64,000 bases of DNA from positions 124,001 to 188,000 of IMG/VR virus record IMGVR_UViG_3300027782_000025; one strand, written 5' to 3'. This document shows positions 10,233-20,502 of this stretch, piece by piece; within the stretch, counting starts at the first letter, position 1, and each line of letters begins with the position of its first letter. A program made the position numbers and the translations under genes. The notes under the pieces were generated by a model. That model worked only from the letters and a program-made list of their open reading frames with translations. It was not told where the DNA came from and ran no database searches.

Positions 10233-10546
10233 AGGAGTTCCTTAAATACAGTTGATAAATTAGGGCATTCTATTACATCTAAAGGGCTTGGCCATCCAAA
10301 CACATTTCTAGCATTATTAAAAGCCACTAAGACCCACCCAAGATTAACATCATTATATACATCTAAGGCGACTAGATCTATCCTCCCTGCATAATTGGCA
10401 GGGACTTGGTACTTAGTTATTTGATCGGCCGGAGGCCTAGTCTTAAACACGGCCATCTCTACCCATCTTCCATATGTTTCTTTTCCATCGAAAGAAATTA
10501 ATGGTGTGTGAATATATCTCGAAGTTTGGCTTAAAGGAAATGCCAT
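10229..10546 (-). CDS. Baseplate wedge gp53 / tail-X (LysM-like) protein
   Basis: RIDLVALDVYNDVNLGWVLVAFNN; lies immediately upstream of the spike gene. Confidence 0.75.
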   Translation of the reverse strand: MAFPLSQTSRYIHTPLISFDGKETYGRWVEMAVFKTRPPADQITKYQVPANYAGRIDLVALDVYNDVNLGWVLVAFNNARNVFGWPSPLDVIECPNLSTVFKELL

Positions 10547-10558
10547 CTTAACCCCTTT

Positions 10559-11257
10559 CTAAAACCAACCTTTAGTAGGATATTTTACCAATAATGGAAT
10601 ATTCGCAGCAACATCTGTAGCATCTCCAGTCAAATTATTTGTCCACTCGATAAGTGTCAAGCTAATGTCTGACCGTAGCGGGAATACTTTACTGGCATTG
10701 CCTTCATAGATCATCGGCCCAGAATGCTTAACATCAATAGCGGCACAATAAAAGGTGTAACAATCACCATTTGGGTTGCCGACGTAAGCTGCGTCCGTGT
10801 CACCAAATAACCCATATTTAAAATAAATTATGAAGTCTTCACTCTTGAGATCGGTGGTCGAAGCGCCAGCTGCGCCGATACCAACACCAGAGTTAATATA
10901 ACCTCTTATCTTCTTGACTTCACTCGCTACTTTATCAACATTCCACAAACCTTTACCCAACGCGTCAGTCACTATATATGTCCAAGTTAACGATATCTTT
11001 CTTGCATCTATGCTCTTAACATAAGCGATCGGCGGTAATGTCGCAACAGCCTTAGATTCCCAGTTCATAGACTTATTGTCAGAAGTAACCTGCGGTGGAA
11101 ATTGAAAATTTACGGCCGTCCCGCTGCATTTGCCGACGCGCTGCATATTGGCAGCCCTCTGCGCTTTCGCATCACCCACAAGTGTTCTCTTGCCGTAAAA
11201 TACCAAAGAGCACGATTCAGCTATTATTTGATCTGATTCCGTTAATTGAAATGCCAT
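10559..11257 (-). CDS. Tail tube initiator / baseplate tube-junction protein
   Basis: FQFPPQVTSDNKSMNW...RKISLTWTY; sits between the tape measure and gp53-like genes, the usual position. Confidence 0.55.
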   Translation of the reverse strand: MAFQLTESDQIIAESCSLVFYGKRTLVGDAKAQRAANMQRVGKCSGTAVNFQFPPQVTSDNKSMNWESKAVATLPPIAYVKSIDARKISLTWTYIVTDALGKGLWNVDKVASEVKKIRGYINSGVGIGAAGASTTDLKSEDFIIYFKYGLFGDTDAAYVGNPNGDCYTFYCAAIDVKHSGPMIYEGNASKVFPLRSDISLTLIEWTNNLTGDATDVAANIPLLVKYPTKGWF

Positions 11258-14200
11258 TATATTTCAAATCCTCTAGGTGAACCGAAGAGACTAAGACCGA
11301 AATTGGTAGCGTTTCTTTGGTCAGCTGGTTTTAATGCTTCGAGTATTTTATCTAAAGTATCTTTTGATTCGCCCAAAAGTTCATTAGTCTTTATAACTGG
11401 GTCTTCCTCGTTGTTTACAGCAGGATTAGTTAAAGTCGTTGGTTTTCCAGAAGTCAATTCGGAAGCTATCTTGGTCTCATCGCTAATAGCCTTAGAATAT
11501 TCCATGCCGATCTTTTCTAAAGCAAGAGATAGGCTTTTAACCTTTTCTAATGCTTCATCAGTCGGCGAAAACTTCTGAAACGATTCGATAATGGCGGCAA
11601 GTGGTAAAGCCGAAAGACCAGTCACTGCATCTTTTATTAGCATCATCGAAGCTGCCAAACTACTAAACGATGCTGAAAGTCTATCTAACGGATCTGCAAA
11701 ATCATTTAAAGTATTAGCGTATTCTGCTATCTTGTTAACAGCAACACCTAAAAACATAGAAGCGAAATAAATGCTCATAGCGCCTGAAAATAATATCGCG
11801 CCGGCAGCCAGCATCCCATATGCTATCCAAGTTATGATTGGCACCGTAACCCATAGCTGCAAAATCGCAGCCAGCAATAAAGGACCAGTTATAAGCAATA
11901 GAACAGCGGAATTTAACAACATGCTAGATGCAGCCAAAAGGGCTGTAGCCCCAATCAAAGCAGCTGTCCCAGCAAACATTAGAGCGGTCGAGAATATGAC
12001 CAATACAAATGATGCGGCAAGAAGAACGCCTGTGGATGCAGCGATCAGAGCAGAAGCGAAGATTAAGATAGGCGCTGTGCCAAGAAGAAGATAAGCACCA
12101 CGTAGTAAAGCATTAGCACCATACCATAAATTCATACCAGATGAAAGAATCTCGCCAGAAGCTTGAAGCAAAATGGGAGAGATACTGGCTAAAGCAGTAG
12201 TAGCAGCCGATAATGCATCTATTCCAGCAGTGACCACCATCACAGCATAGTTTAGAATCATAGCACCAATAAGCAAACCGAAAGCGCCAGTTACAAGCGG
12301 CTGCGAAGCCGTAGCTAAAATCTCGGCAACTTCTTTTAAACCTATAACAGCAGCTTTTGCTGTATCCAAGAAGGTTAAATCTAAACTCAAAAAAGTATCA
12401 CTAAGCGATTGTATTGCCTGCGAGAACGCATCTAATGGATCAGCTATTTCGCCAAGCTCAACTACCTTAGCTGTATCGATACTTGCCAGTGCATTAACGC
12501 CAGCAGCTATAGTGGTAGCTGTCGCTGCAAAAACAGCCAAAGCTGCCGGATCTATTCCAGCCATAGATGCCACCAAACCTGCTACCCCAGCGCCAAATTC
12601 TTGAAGCGGAATGGAAATCGTTGATAACAAGTCGATCGAAGCTGGATCGATCGCACCCATAGCTTTAAGTAAAGCTGATATTCCAGTAGCAACGCTTGTA
12701 AAATTAGTCGCAAAATCAGCCCCCGCACCACTAAGAGCCTGCGAAATAGCTGCAACACCCATAGAGAACATGACTAGAGGGCCGGCCAAGAGACTTAAAA
12801 TACTAATCGCTTTAGGGTCGATTGTAGACAATGAACTTATGCCTGCTGCTAGCGCTTTGAAGTTATCACCCATGTTGGCGCCGCCTAGAGCAAAAGCAGC
12901 GCCGATTATCATTACTCCCAACGCCAGCGGCAGCAAAGCAACGCCTATTGCTGCTAATCTTAAAGCACCTGTAAACCCGATCTCCCAAGCAAAAGCAGCT
13001 AGTCCAACGCCAAATTCCTGCATCTGAGCGGCGAGGCCTGGTTGCATCGCCGAAGCTATCATTGAAAGCCCGTAGGCCAATAAAATCGTGGCCGCAGCTA
13101 ATACTACGCAAGCCACGGCAAACACGAAAAACGCTGCTGATAGAGCGACGATCGCCACCCCAAACGGGATGGCGGCTGGTATAAATACTACCATCGCCGT
13201 AGCCAAAAGATACAAGGAAACTGCTAAAAGAGCAACACTAAGAGCTAAAGTCGGTGTCAACACAGAAGCCACCAGCAAAAACGCTTGTGCCATAATGTAA
13301 ATCCCAACAGCTGCCAATAAAGCAGCGACACCAAAAGCAAGAACTACCGCAGCGAAAGCAAGCAGCACAGGGGCGCCCACAGTTAATGCCGGAATCACAA
13401 AATAAAGGACAGCCCCCAAAACACCTAACATTAAAGCAAAGAATAAACCACCAGCCACGATCTTGCCATAATCTACACTTGCAACAACGACTAAAGCTTG
13501 AGCCATTACCCACATAGCTCCAGCTGTTATGAGCAAAGCGACGGATAAGATAAGAATCGGAACGGCTGTTGTTCTAGCGACACTAGCCAATTTATCAATG
13601 CCGCTTGAAACATACCCCATAAAAGTATTGAAGGCTTGGCCGACGCTAGTGGCCAAAGATGACAAGATAGAACCCATCGAACCAACCATGCTCTGAATAG
13701 CAGTCGTCAATCTAGTGACAGCCGCAGACACAGCATTGGTAAAGAAGTTAGTTACAGTAAAGGCCTGCCATAGCCAGATGACTATAGAAACGATAGGGCC
13801 TATTAAAGCCAGTAAAGTAGCACCTAAAATTATAAGGCCTACTACTAATACGCTTATTATATAAGCGCCCCACTGCAATCCCGAGACAAGCAGATTCCAG
13901 CCAGGTATAACACTTCCGAAATAATCAGACCATTTAGCAATCCATCCTCCAAATTCTATAATTTTATCTATAGCATAATTAAGCCACTCTACTAACCAAG
14001 TTACGAACTCGAAAAATGGTTTTATAAACATTATAACCAATGCACCGCCTCGACTAGCTAGTATGCTTAATTGACTAGACAAGGTTCCCATAGAGGCACT
14101 GAATTTGTCGCCAACCGATTTGGAATCTTCCATCCTTTTATTTAATAATTTTACAGCTTCGATTGAATTCGGGTCAATACCTCCTTTCTTCATTTCGTCG

Positions 14201-15936
14201 GCCATTTTCTTATAGATAGCTATTTGTTCTTCTGAAAAACCTTGGCTCTTATACTGTGCCATAAGAATAGAATTAGCCTGCAAATCATTGCCAATACTGT
14301 TAAATGCACTCGCCACTTTCGTTGCCATCGATATATGCGCTTTGCCTATATCTTCAGGCGTCCTGATAGCGATTCCAGATAAAGCTTCTAGCGTTATAAG
14401 GTCTTCAAAAGTCGTACTATTCATCTTTTTTACAGCGTCAGTGCTAACGCCTAAAGATTTGGCCATAGCTAATTGTGCAGCTGTGGTTTTATTAACAGCG
14501 TTTGTAACATCTTTACTCAATTTATCGCCTAGCAGAAGAAATCTCTGCTGCATCAGATCGACGATGACTTGGACGTCTTGCCCTTCAAGGCCAAACTTAG
14601 CCATCGAATCTGCAAGTCCGAGCATTGTTTCCTTGGTCTCTTTTACATTATAACCCATGTTTTTTAATGTTCTTGAAGCACCAGCCAAAGACTTACCCGA
14701 TAAACCCGTCATCTTTTCCAGCTGAACCATGGTGGTAGCCAACTCTACTAAATCCTTCTTTCCAGTCTTTACATTTATAAGCTCTTTGACCATCTTTGCA
14801 GACTCTTCTGCAGCTATACCGCTCGATAAAGATACTTGCGCTGATATATTTGCTAATTCATACATCGAACCCACTGAACGATAAGTCGATTCTCTAAAAT
14901 TGTCTGCTATACCATCTATCTTTTTGGCTTCGCTTACTACTTTCCCCCAGATGTATGCTAACATCTGTGTCGATGTTTTGTTCTCTTCGATCTCTTTGTT
15001 AAGTTCTTTTACTTGTCTTCTTAACTGTTTTACAAGCTCGCCCTCAGATTCAACCGCAGCAGCTTCTGCAGCATGTGATTCATTCTTTGTATCTATAGCA
15101 GTAGTAATTTGATTTACGATCTTTAAGTGGTCTTCTAAGAGACCCAACTCAGCCTCAGTATACTGTCCGGTTGCGCTTGTAGAATTTCTTATATTTAAAG
15201 ATTGTCTCTGTATAGCCGCCATTGCTATGGATATGAGCTTAAAAGAATCCGCAGAAGTCTTAGTAGCAAGTTCGATCTTTGTTACAGCTTCTTCATACAG
15301 TTTAAATTCTTTGTTATACTTATCGAATTTAATATAATATTCATCGAACCCTGTATACATCTTATCTGATTTTTCTTTTATAGAATCAATATTTTTTATA
15401 AAAGTATCGAAAGCTATATTTATGTCAGCTAAAACTTTACTTCCGACGATAGACGTATTCAACGCATCAGACAATAGAGCTACATTTTTACCTAGGTTTT
15501 GGGATTTTGATTCGATATTACCGAAATCCTCTGACAATTTTGTAGAAGATAAAAGCGCACTTCCTAATGACGACTTCATCGTTTCAGTTAATGAATTGAT
15601 CTCGCCAATGTTAGATGATATATCATTATATGCAGTATTGATGGTATCAAAAGTATCTGATAGCCCCTTATTACTATCGGCAGTGGTCGCCACAGCATCA
15701 GCGAAAGACTGAGCACTAGTGAATATGTCTTTAAAATCAGATTTTATAACGGCACTACTGCTACTGATCGCATCAAATACTGATTTGGTGCTATTTAAGG
15801 CCGCATTCAGCTTTTTGTCGATATCACCAGAAAGCTGGAGAACATCATTAGATAATGATCCTAAGGCCTTTTCTGCCAATACAGTATTCATCTGTAATTC
15901 TATGCTTAAACCTAGCACATTTGGATCTACAGCCAT
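11257..15936 (-). CDS. Tail tape measure protein
   Basis: 1559 aa, Ala/Leu/Ser-rich and helical in character, with a long hydrophobic C-terminal half; inside the tail module; GGAGG Shine-Dalgarno. Confidence 0.88.
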   Translation of the reverse strand: MAVDPNVLGLSIELQMNTVLAEKALGSLSNDVLQLSGDIDKKLNAALNSTKSVFDAISSSSAVIKSDFKDIFTSAQSFADAVATTADSNKGLSDTFDTINTAYNDISSNIGEINSLTETMKSSLGSALLSSTKLSEDFGNIESKSQNLGKNVALLSDALNTSIVGSKVLADINIAFDTFIKNIDSIKEKSDKMYTGFDEYYIKFDKYNKEFKLYEEAVTKIELATKTSADSFKLISIAMAAIQRQSLNIRNSTSATGQYTEAELGLLEDHLKIVNQITTAIDTKNESHAAEAAAVESEGELVKQLRRQVKELNKEIEENKTSTQMLAYIWGKVVSEAKKIDGIADNFRESTYRSVGSMYELANISAQVSLSSGIAAEESAKMVKELINVKTGKKDLVELATTMVQLEKMTGLSGKSLAGASRTLKNMGYNVKETKETMLGLADSMAKFGLEGQDVQVIVDLMQQRFLLLGDKLSKDVTNAVNKTTAAQLAMAKSLGVSTDAVKKMNSTTFEDLITLEALSGIAIRTPEDIGKAHISMATKVASAFNSIGNDLQANSILMAQYKSQGFSEEQIAIYKKMADEMKKGGIDPNSIEAVKLLNKRMEDSKSVGDKFSASMGTLSSQLSILASRGGALVIMFIKPFFEFVTWLVEWLNYAIDKIIEFGGWIAKWSDYFGSVIPGWNLLVSGLQWGAYIISVLVVGLIILGATLLALIGPIVSIVIWLWQAFTVTNFFTNAVSAAVTRLTTAIQSMVGSMGSILSSLATSVGQAFNTFMGYVSSGIDKLASVARTTAVPILILSVALLITAGAMWVMAQALVVVASVDYGKIVAGGLFFALMLGVLGAVLYFVIPALTVGAPVLLAFAAVVLAFGVAALLAAVGIYIMAQAFLLVASVLTPTLALSVALLAVSLYLLATAMVVFIPAAIPFGVAIVALSAAFFVFAVACVVLAAATILLAYGLSMIASAMQPGLAAQMQEFGVGLAAFAWEIGFTGALRLAAIGVALLPLALGVMIIGAAFALGGANMGDNFKALAAGISSLSTIDPKAISILSLLAGPLVMFSMGVAAISQALSGAGADFATNFTSVATGISALLKAMGAIDPASIDLLSTISIPLQEFGAGVAGLVASMAGIDPAALAVFAATATTIAAGVNALASIDTAKVVELGEIADPLDAFSQAIQSLSDTFLSLDLTFLDTAKAAVIGLKEVAEILATASQPLVTGAFGLLIGAMILNYAVMVVTAGIDALSAATTALASISPILLQASGEILSSGMNLWYGANALLRGAYLLLGTAPILIFASALIAASTGVLLAASFVLVIFSTALMFAGTAALIGATALLAASSMLLNSAVLLLITGPLLLAAILQLWVTVPIITWIAYGMLAAGAILFSGAMSIYFASMFLGVAVNKIAEYANTLNDFADPLDRLSASFSSLAASMMLIKDAVTGLSALPLAAIIESFQKFSPTDEALEKVKSLSLALEKIGMEYSKAISDETKIASELTSGKPTTLTNPAVNNEEDPVIKTNELLGESKDTLDKILEALKPADQRNATNFGLSLFGSPRGFEI

Positions 15937-15981
15937 TAATAACGCCTCCGGTCGGATGTATTATATATTCGATGGGGAATA

Positions 15982-17325
15982 TTATTCTTTAGCTGAGAAT
16001 CTAACTGAAGCCGTGTCTGTGGTGAATCGACAGACATCAAAGATAGTTCTCCACTCTTTGGTGTCGATATTCCAACGGTGCTCAAAACCCATTAGTGTCC
16101 AATTACCAGTCCAATTGTGGAATTGATCTGGACCGTCTGATTGATCTAAGACAAGGTCTGCTGGTACTACGCCAGCAGAATTTGCTGGCCTCACGTATTC
16201 TATGTAAACGGTATCAGTGCCAAGGCCGATAGTATTATCTATCAATCCTGCTCCGGGAAAATCAAATCTGGCGTGTATTAAATTATATGCACCGTTCAAG
16301 TAAAGATTTGTAGCTCTATTTCTTATATAATCCCTATACATAAAACCAGTCGAACCATCGTTATAAAGTTCTGGTGGTGTTCTGCTGGCTGAAGTACCCT
16401 TCAGAAATCCAACCGCATCATTTTGCTTGATTGGCCCATGCGGGGTGGGATAGCCGGCAGTTATTTTGGATGAAGTATTAATGTCTTTGACAATACAATA
16501 TAATTCCTTAGGATCACTCTTTATGTCTATGTATTCTCCAGTAGTAGTACTTATGCCACTACTTGCTAACTTATTAATCATCGCTATAAAATCTTCGTTA
16601 CCAATAGCATATATCTCAAAGATATCAGCGTTCTTATAAATTCCTAAAGGCTTTGGCTTAAATTCGCCTTGAGGACAGATATTGATTAGAGGTGGTATGC
16701 CTTCAACAGGCGCGTATTCTTTAACCCCATATACCATCTGAGTCTTGGACTTTGTAAACATCGTGCCCATCTCCATCAACTGCCTGATGAATCGGGTCGG
16801 GCGCTGTCGCATCATATACCAATAATTTTCATCGTTATCAAGCGTCGGTGTTACTTTGTATGGTATTGAAGTATTTTCTGCAATTACTTTTTCTATTGCT
16901 TTTGATATCTTTCCCTTATAAGCTTTCCCACTTGCGCCAGCATAAGCTAGTTGATAATCAGCAGTGGTTATCGCTTCAAAATCAATGATAATGCCGCCAA
17001 AACCACCTCGCGCTCTAACATTAGCTTTAGTCAATAATAATTGAATCTTCCTAGTCGAAGTTTCGGGATAAACACCCTTTGCATATGCTATTTTAAAATG
17101 GACTTTAATCTCTTCTTTTAGCTTTTTTGGATACCAAACATTTTTATAAAAAGCGTCCCAACGCTCTAGATTGGTATCATACATAGAAAATCGTAATTGC
17201 AGACCACCATTATATGCGCCGGAAAAAAATATTTCTGTAACTCCAGGACCTATATTTTCATTTACATAAGGTGGTATAGTCAAATCGAGGACTATAATAC
17301 CGGTCATCTTCGGTGTAAATGCCAT
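15982..17325 (-). CDS. Baseplate hub-like protein (gp27/gpD/gp44-like)
   Basis: 447 aa, beta-rich character; AYKGKISKAIEKV...W..MRQRPTRFI; C-terminal GNWTLMGFEHRW...WRTIFDVCR. Assignment rests mainly on context. Confidence 0.5.
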   Translation of the reverse strand: MAFTPKMTGIIVLDLTIPPYVNENIGPGVTEIFFSGAYNGGLQLRFSMYDTNLERWDAFYKNVWYPKKLKEEIKVHFKIAYAKGVYPETSTRKIQLLLTKANVRARGGFGGIIIDFEAITTADYQLAYAGASGKAYKGKISKAIEKVIAENTSIPYKVTPTLDNDENYWYMMRQRPTRFIRQLMEMGTMFTKSKTQMVYGVKEYAPVEGIPPLINICPQGEFKPKPLGIYKNADIFEIYAIGNEDFIAMINKLASSGISTTTGEYIDIKSDPKELYCIVKDINTSSKITAGYPTPHGPIKQNDAVGFLKGTSASRTPPELYNDGSTGFMYRDYIRNRATNLYLNGAYNLIHARFDFPGAGLIDNTIGLGTDTVYIEYVRPANSAGVVPADLVLDQSDGPDQFHNWTGNWTLMGFEHRWNIDTKEWRTIFDVCRFTTDTASVRFSAKE

Positions 17326-18374
17326 TATCGAGCCTTTATCTTTAGTCTAATCAATGCGTTTTCATCGATTTTCACTAAATTATTGTCAATATATTTTATA
17401 ATGTCTTCCCGCCCTAGACCGGCCTCTGTAATTAACTCGTTCCAGTCCTTAATATTTTTTCCATTACTATTCTTGGGCGGCACCACATAATATATATCAT
17501 TCACATATGGTCTTATTTTATTATAATTCTGAATTATGCTTTGCAAGCCAGCCTTGTCATTATCAGGCGTCAAGACTACTTCCTTGGACCCTGTTAACCT
17601 TAGCTTTTTGCATTGATTATCAGTCAATGCTGCCCCGCCGCTAGCAATAGCGCCAAGGCCGATACTATTTTTATCAAAAATCGATTCAGTGATAAAGCAT
17701 CGACCATTATGAGCCACATCATCAAAACCAAAAAGAAAATCACCCTTTGAAACATTATTAACGCCGACCAATTTTCCTTCTTTATAAATATTGCGGTCTG
17801 GGAAGCGAAATGTTTTATTTATAAAGGAACGTGATTGCCAATATACCATTTCGCCAAATTCGAAGTAAGGCCAAAGCACGTCGTTGCCGCAGTGGTGCAA
17901 TGCTTGATGCTCGACATCTTCTTGGTTATACCCTCTTCTAATCAGCCACATCAAGATAGATGTCATTAATGTAGAGCCGTGCTCATTTATAATCGATGAA
18001 CCGGTTGGTAATTGAATCTGGTCTTCTATTATTTCAGGACCAGAAGGTTCTACAACTGATAAGCCGGGCCTAATCCCAGCAATCAGCCGATATGCTTCTT
18101 CAAAACTGCAATGTCTTACAAGTCTTATAAAATTCAAAAAAGAAACGTTTCGTTTACCGCTTTTAGGATTAGCTTGGCCTGCCCAAGTTTCATCTCCACG
18201 CCAGTCATGACATATACCTTTTTTCGGATTTATGTTAAAATGAAATCCGATATCATCGTTCAGAGGATTGCATATTATATATTCTTCGCCTTCACGTCTT
18301 ACCTTATAGACGTGATTTTTTTTAATATATTCTATAATCTTTTCAGCTGGAAGGTCCCATTTTTTCATATTCAC
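17325..18374 (-). CDS. DNA primase (DnaG/gp61-like, TOPRIM)
   Basis: VYWQSR, CFITESIFD, LTPDNDKAG and KDWNE match the TOPRIM acidic motifs. Confidence 0.88.
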   Translation of the reverse strand: MNMKKWDLPAEKIIEYIKKNHVYKVRREGEEYIICNPLNDDIGFHFNINPKKGICHDWRGDETWAGQANPKSGKRNVSFLNFIRLVRHCSFEEAYRLIAGIRPGLSVVEPSGPEIIEDQIQLPTGSSIINEHGSTLMTSILMWLIRRGYNQEDVEHQALHHCGNDVLWPYFEFGEMVYWQSRSFINKTFRFPDRNIYKEGKLVGVNNVSKGDFLFGFDDVAHNGRCFITESIFDKNSIGLGAIASGGAALTDNQCKKLRLTGSKEVVLTPDNDKAGLQSIIQNYNKIRPYVNDIYYVVPPKNSNGKNIKDWNELITEAGLGREDIIKYIDNNLVKIDENALIRLKIKAR

Positions 18375-18388
18375 CCCGATAAATAATA

Positions 18389-19177
18389 CTAATTTATCAC
18401 TAGGATGAATTTTCTGCTCACTCTAGAGGAGCCATCGGGAAGATTTAAAGTGATTTGGTACTGATATGTGCCTTTTAGAAAGTCAGCAGTGTTCACGTCA
18501 TACTGGACGACATAAGGGTTAGAGCGATAGCTTCCCTGTCTTAAACCTATCCGGCAAGCCGCTTTGTCTACCAGAGTTTCACAAAATTGAGTCTGAATTG
18601 TTATTGTCGGACTCAAAAACGGCATTAAGGGATTTACAAGATTAAAGTTATAATCATATAACGGCAGAGGCATCAATCCGACTTCTAAAGTACGCAGTTC
18701 TGGCTGATAGAACTGTTGGTCTATGGGTTCAAATCCAAATCTTATCGTCTGTAACTTATCATTGCAGTACCATGCGTCAGGGAATACCCAGAATCTATGG
18801 CAGCAGCTCAGGTTCGATAATGGCATCGGATCTGTGCCAGCTGTGACAGATTCTCCTATTGGAGTATAATACCATACATCGAAATAAACATCTGGTGCGA
18901 TAAAATCTGCCGGTACCAAAAATGGATAATGGTATTCTCCAACAACATCGGTAGAAACACATAATGGAGCTGGATATTCGGTCGAATCTCTTGGGCTAAT
19001 ATCTATTGTTGCTGCTAGATTAGAAGTTAATACCTCTGATTTATAGATTTCTATTTTAGAAATCTGATATGGCTCAGTAGGCTGACCGGAGTTATAGAAC
19101 TGAACATTCAGGTCTAAGTATTGGCCAAGCCTTCCGGCTATTCTAGGAAACGCAGTTGATAGTGATGAGCAGCTCAT
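18389..19177 (-). CDS. Hypothetical structural protein (Ig-like / BppU-like domains)
   Basis: Beta-strand patterns such as GEYHYPFLVP and GTYQYQITLNLPDG; lies in the tail module. Confidence 0.55.
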   Translation of the reverse strand: MSCSSLSTAFPRIAGRLGQYLDLNVQFYNSGQPTEPYQISKIEIYKSEVLTSNLAATIDISPRDSTEYPAPLCVSTDVVGEYHYPFLVPADFIAPDVYFDVWYYTPIGESVTAGTDPMPLSNLSCCHRFWVFPDAWYCNDKLQTIRFGFEPIDQQFYQPELRTLEVGLMPLPLYDYNFNLVNPLMPFLSPTITIQTQFCETLVDKAACRIGLRQGSYRSNPYVVQYDVNTADFLKGTYQYQITLNLPDGSSRVSRKFILVIN

Positions 19178-19194
19178 ATCATATATTTGATAGA

Positions 19195-19494
19195 TTAACG
19201 CCTTGGCATACTTGGCATTGAAGGCATAGATGGCATACTAGGCCGAGAAGCGCCAGAAGAAGACTTCTTCTCTGCTTCAGCTTGCTTTTCGTTTTCTTCT
19301 TGTATTCTTTTAAGCCACCAATGTCTATCTTCAGAAGACATAGCAGCCTGCTCGAACAGCGTTAGCTTCCCATATCTCTTAAGAATAAACTGCTGCTCCA
19401 TCAAGTTGCTATATTGTTTATCGTATTCCTCAGGCTTTAACTGGGCGAAAAAAGCTTTCAGATATCGGTAGTTCCGCTTTAAACTCGTGATCAC
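19195..19494 (-). CDS. gp51-like tail/baseplate assembly chaperone, possibly the frameshift extension of the gp26-like gene
   Basis: EQQFILKRYGKLTLFEQAAMSSEDRHWWLKRI; 65-nt overlap with the upstream gene; no good Shine-Dalgarno for its own starts. Confidence 0.6.
   Translation of the reverse strand: MITSLKRNYRYLKAFFAQLKPEEYDKQYSNLMEQQFILKRYGKLTLFEQAAMSSEDRHWWLKRIQEENEKQAEAEKKSSSGASRPSMPSMPSMPSMPRR
19202..19243 (-). repeat. 9-nt period repeat encoding (PSM)4
   Basis: GGCAT recurs at 19205, 19214, 19223 and 19232 on the + strand; the protein ends RPSMPSMPSMPSMPRR. Confidence 0.85.
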
Positions 19495-20437
19495 AATGTG
19501 GACAAGTGATGATAACGGTAGTGTCTATACCGGGTGAATGCTCTCTTACCCATTCTCGTATGGTCGACGTGTCTGTAGAGTGAAGTTTTTGTACAAAAGA
19601 ACGAATTGCGATCTGATCTGTGATGCCCATCACACTAGTGATCATTTTTTCAAGATTTTCGGTTATAGAATCGTCAAGATTATTATTGTCTATCTTCTGT
19701 TTATTTCGCTGAGAAGGTAGAGTACCTCCGGATCTAACTGAATTACCAGGTTTAGTATATGCCTGCTTTCTGAATTTTCTTTGCGAAAGAATTTCATTCG
19801 CATCGGATGCCCTTAAAAACCTAACGCCGACGAATACTTCTCGGTTGGTTACTTTAGACATGTATGGTAATATTACCTTAAATGGCTCTCTGCCAACAGA
19901 AGCATCAGCCCAAGCGATCGTGTTGGCTAAATCATTCAAGTCATATTTATGCGTTGATGAAGCATCGCAACTAGGGCAACCGATCATAAATTCATACATA
20001 TTACCATGAGTGATACCTCTAAGGAAATAGAGAAGAAATACTCTATCACCAAGCAATAAATCAGCCGGATCGAAACCGTTCGGAAATTTACAGCATTCTC
20101 TAAAGAGGTAATCGATAGACTGGCCGCTCTGCGCTAAACGTTGCGTAGCCAACACTTTTTCGGCCGTCTGGCCCATGGCTTTAACCATCACGACGCCATC
20201 TGGCCAATTATAATAAATCCCTTTGCTGGGCAGTGTACATTCTTCCCAAGGTATTAACTTATCTTCTGGCAATGCGATTAATTGTCGTAAAAATTCTTCA
20301 TTGCTGCCGCCACCTAGTAGGTTTTGAAGATCTGGATTATGGGCTTCCATCCTTACATCTTGATCGCCTTCTTCTCTTTCAGGTTTTGGTTTACTTTTGG
20401 CGCTGCCGCTAAGTGGAATATCCTCTTCTTGTGCCAT
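19430..20437 (-). CDS. T4 gp26-like baseplate hub / tail assembly chaperone
   Basis: TLPSKGIYY, DLLLGDRVFLLYFLRGITHG, two CxxC pairs (CPSC, CPHC) and C-terminal LPISESFFRP. Confidence 0.82.
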   Translation of the reverse strand: MAQEEDIPLSGSAKSKPKPEREEGDQDVRMEAHNPDLQNLLGGGSNEEFLRQLIALPEDKLIPWEECTLPSKGIYYNWPDGVVMVKAMGQTAEKVLATQRLAQSGQSIDYLFRECCKFPNGFDPADLLLGDRVFLLYFLRGITHGNMYEFMIGCPSCDASSTHKYDLNDLANTIAWADASVGREPFKVILPYMSKVTNREVFVGVRFLRASDANEILSQRKFRKQAYTKPGNSVRSGGTLPSQRNKQKIDNNNLDDSITENLEKMITSVMGITDQIAIRSFVQKLHSTDTSTIREWVREHSPGIDTTVIITCPHCDHEFKAELPISESFFRPVKA

Positions 20438-20502
20438 GTCGGTTTCCCTAAAATAAGATAGAACTATTTGTACTATTATATGTACAGTCTAGAATTGTCT
20501 CG

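Noticed and set aside
11771-15712. Several Ala-rich plus-strand ORFs inside the tape measure gene
   Set aside because: They arise from the codon bias of the hydrophobic minus-strand protein.
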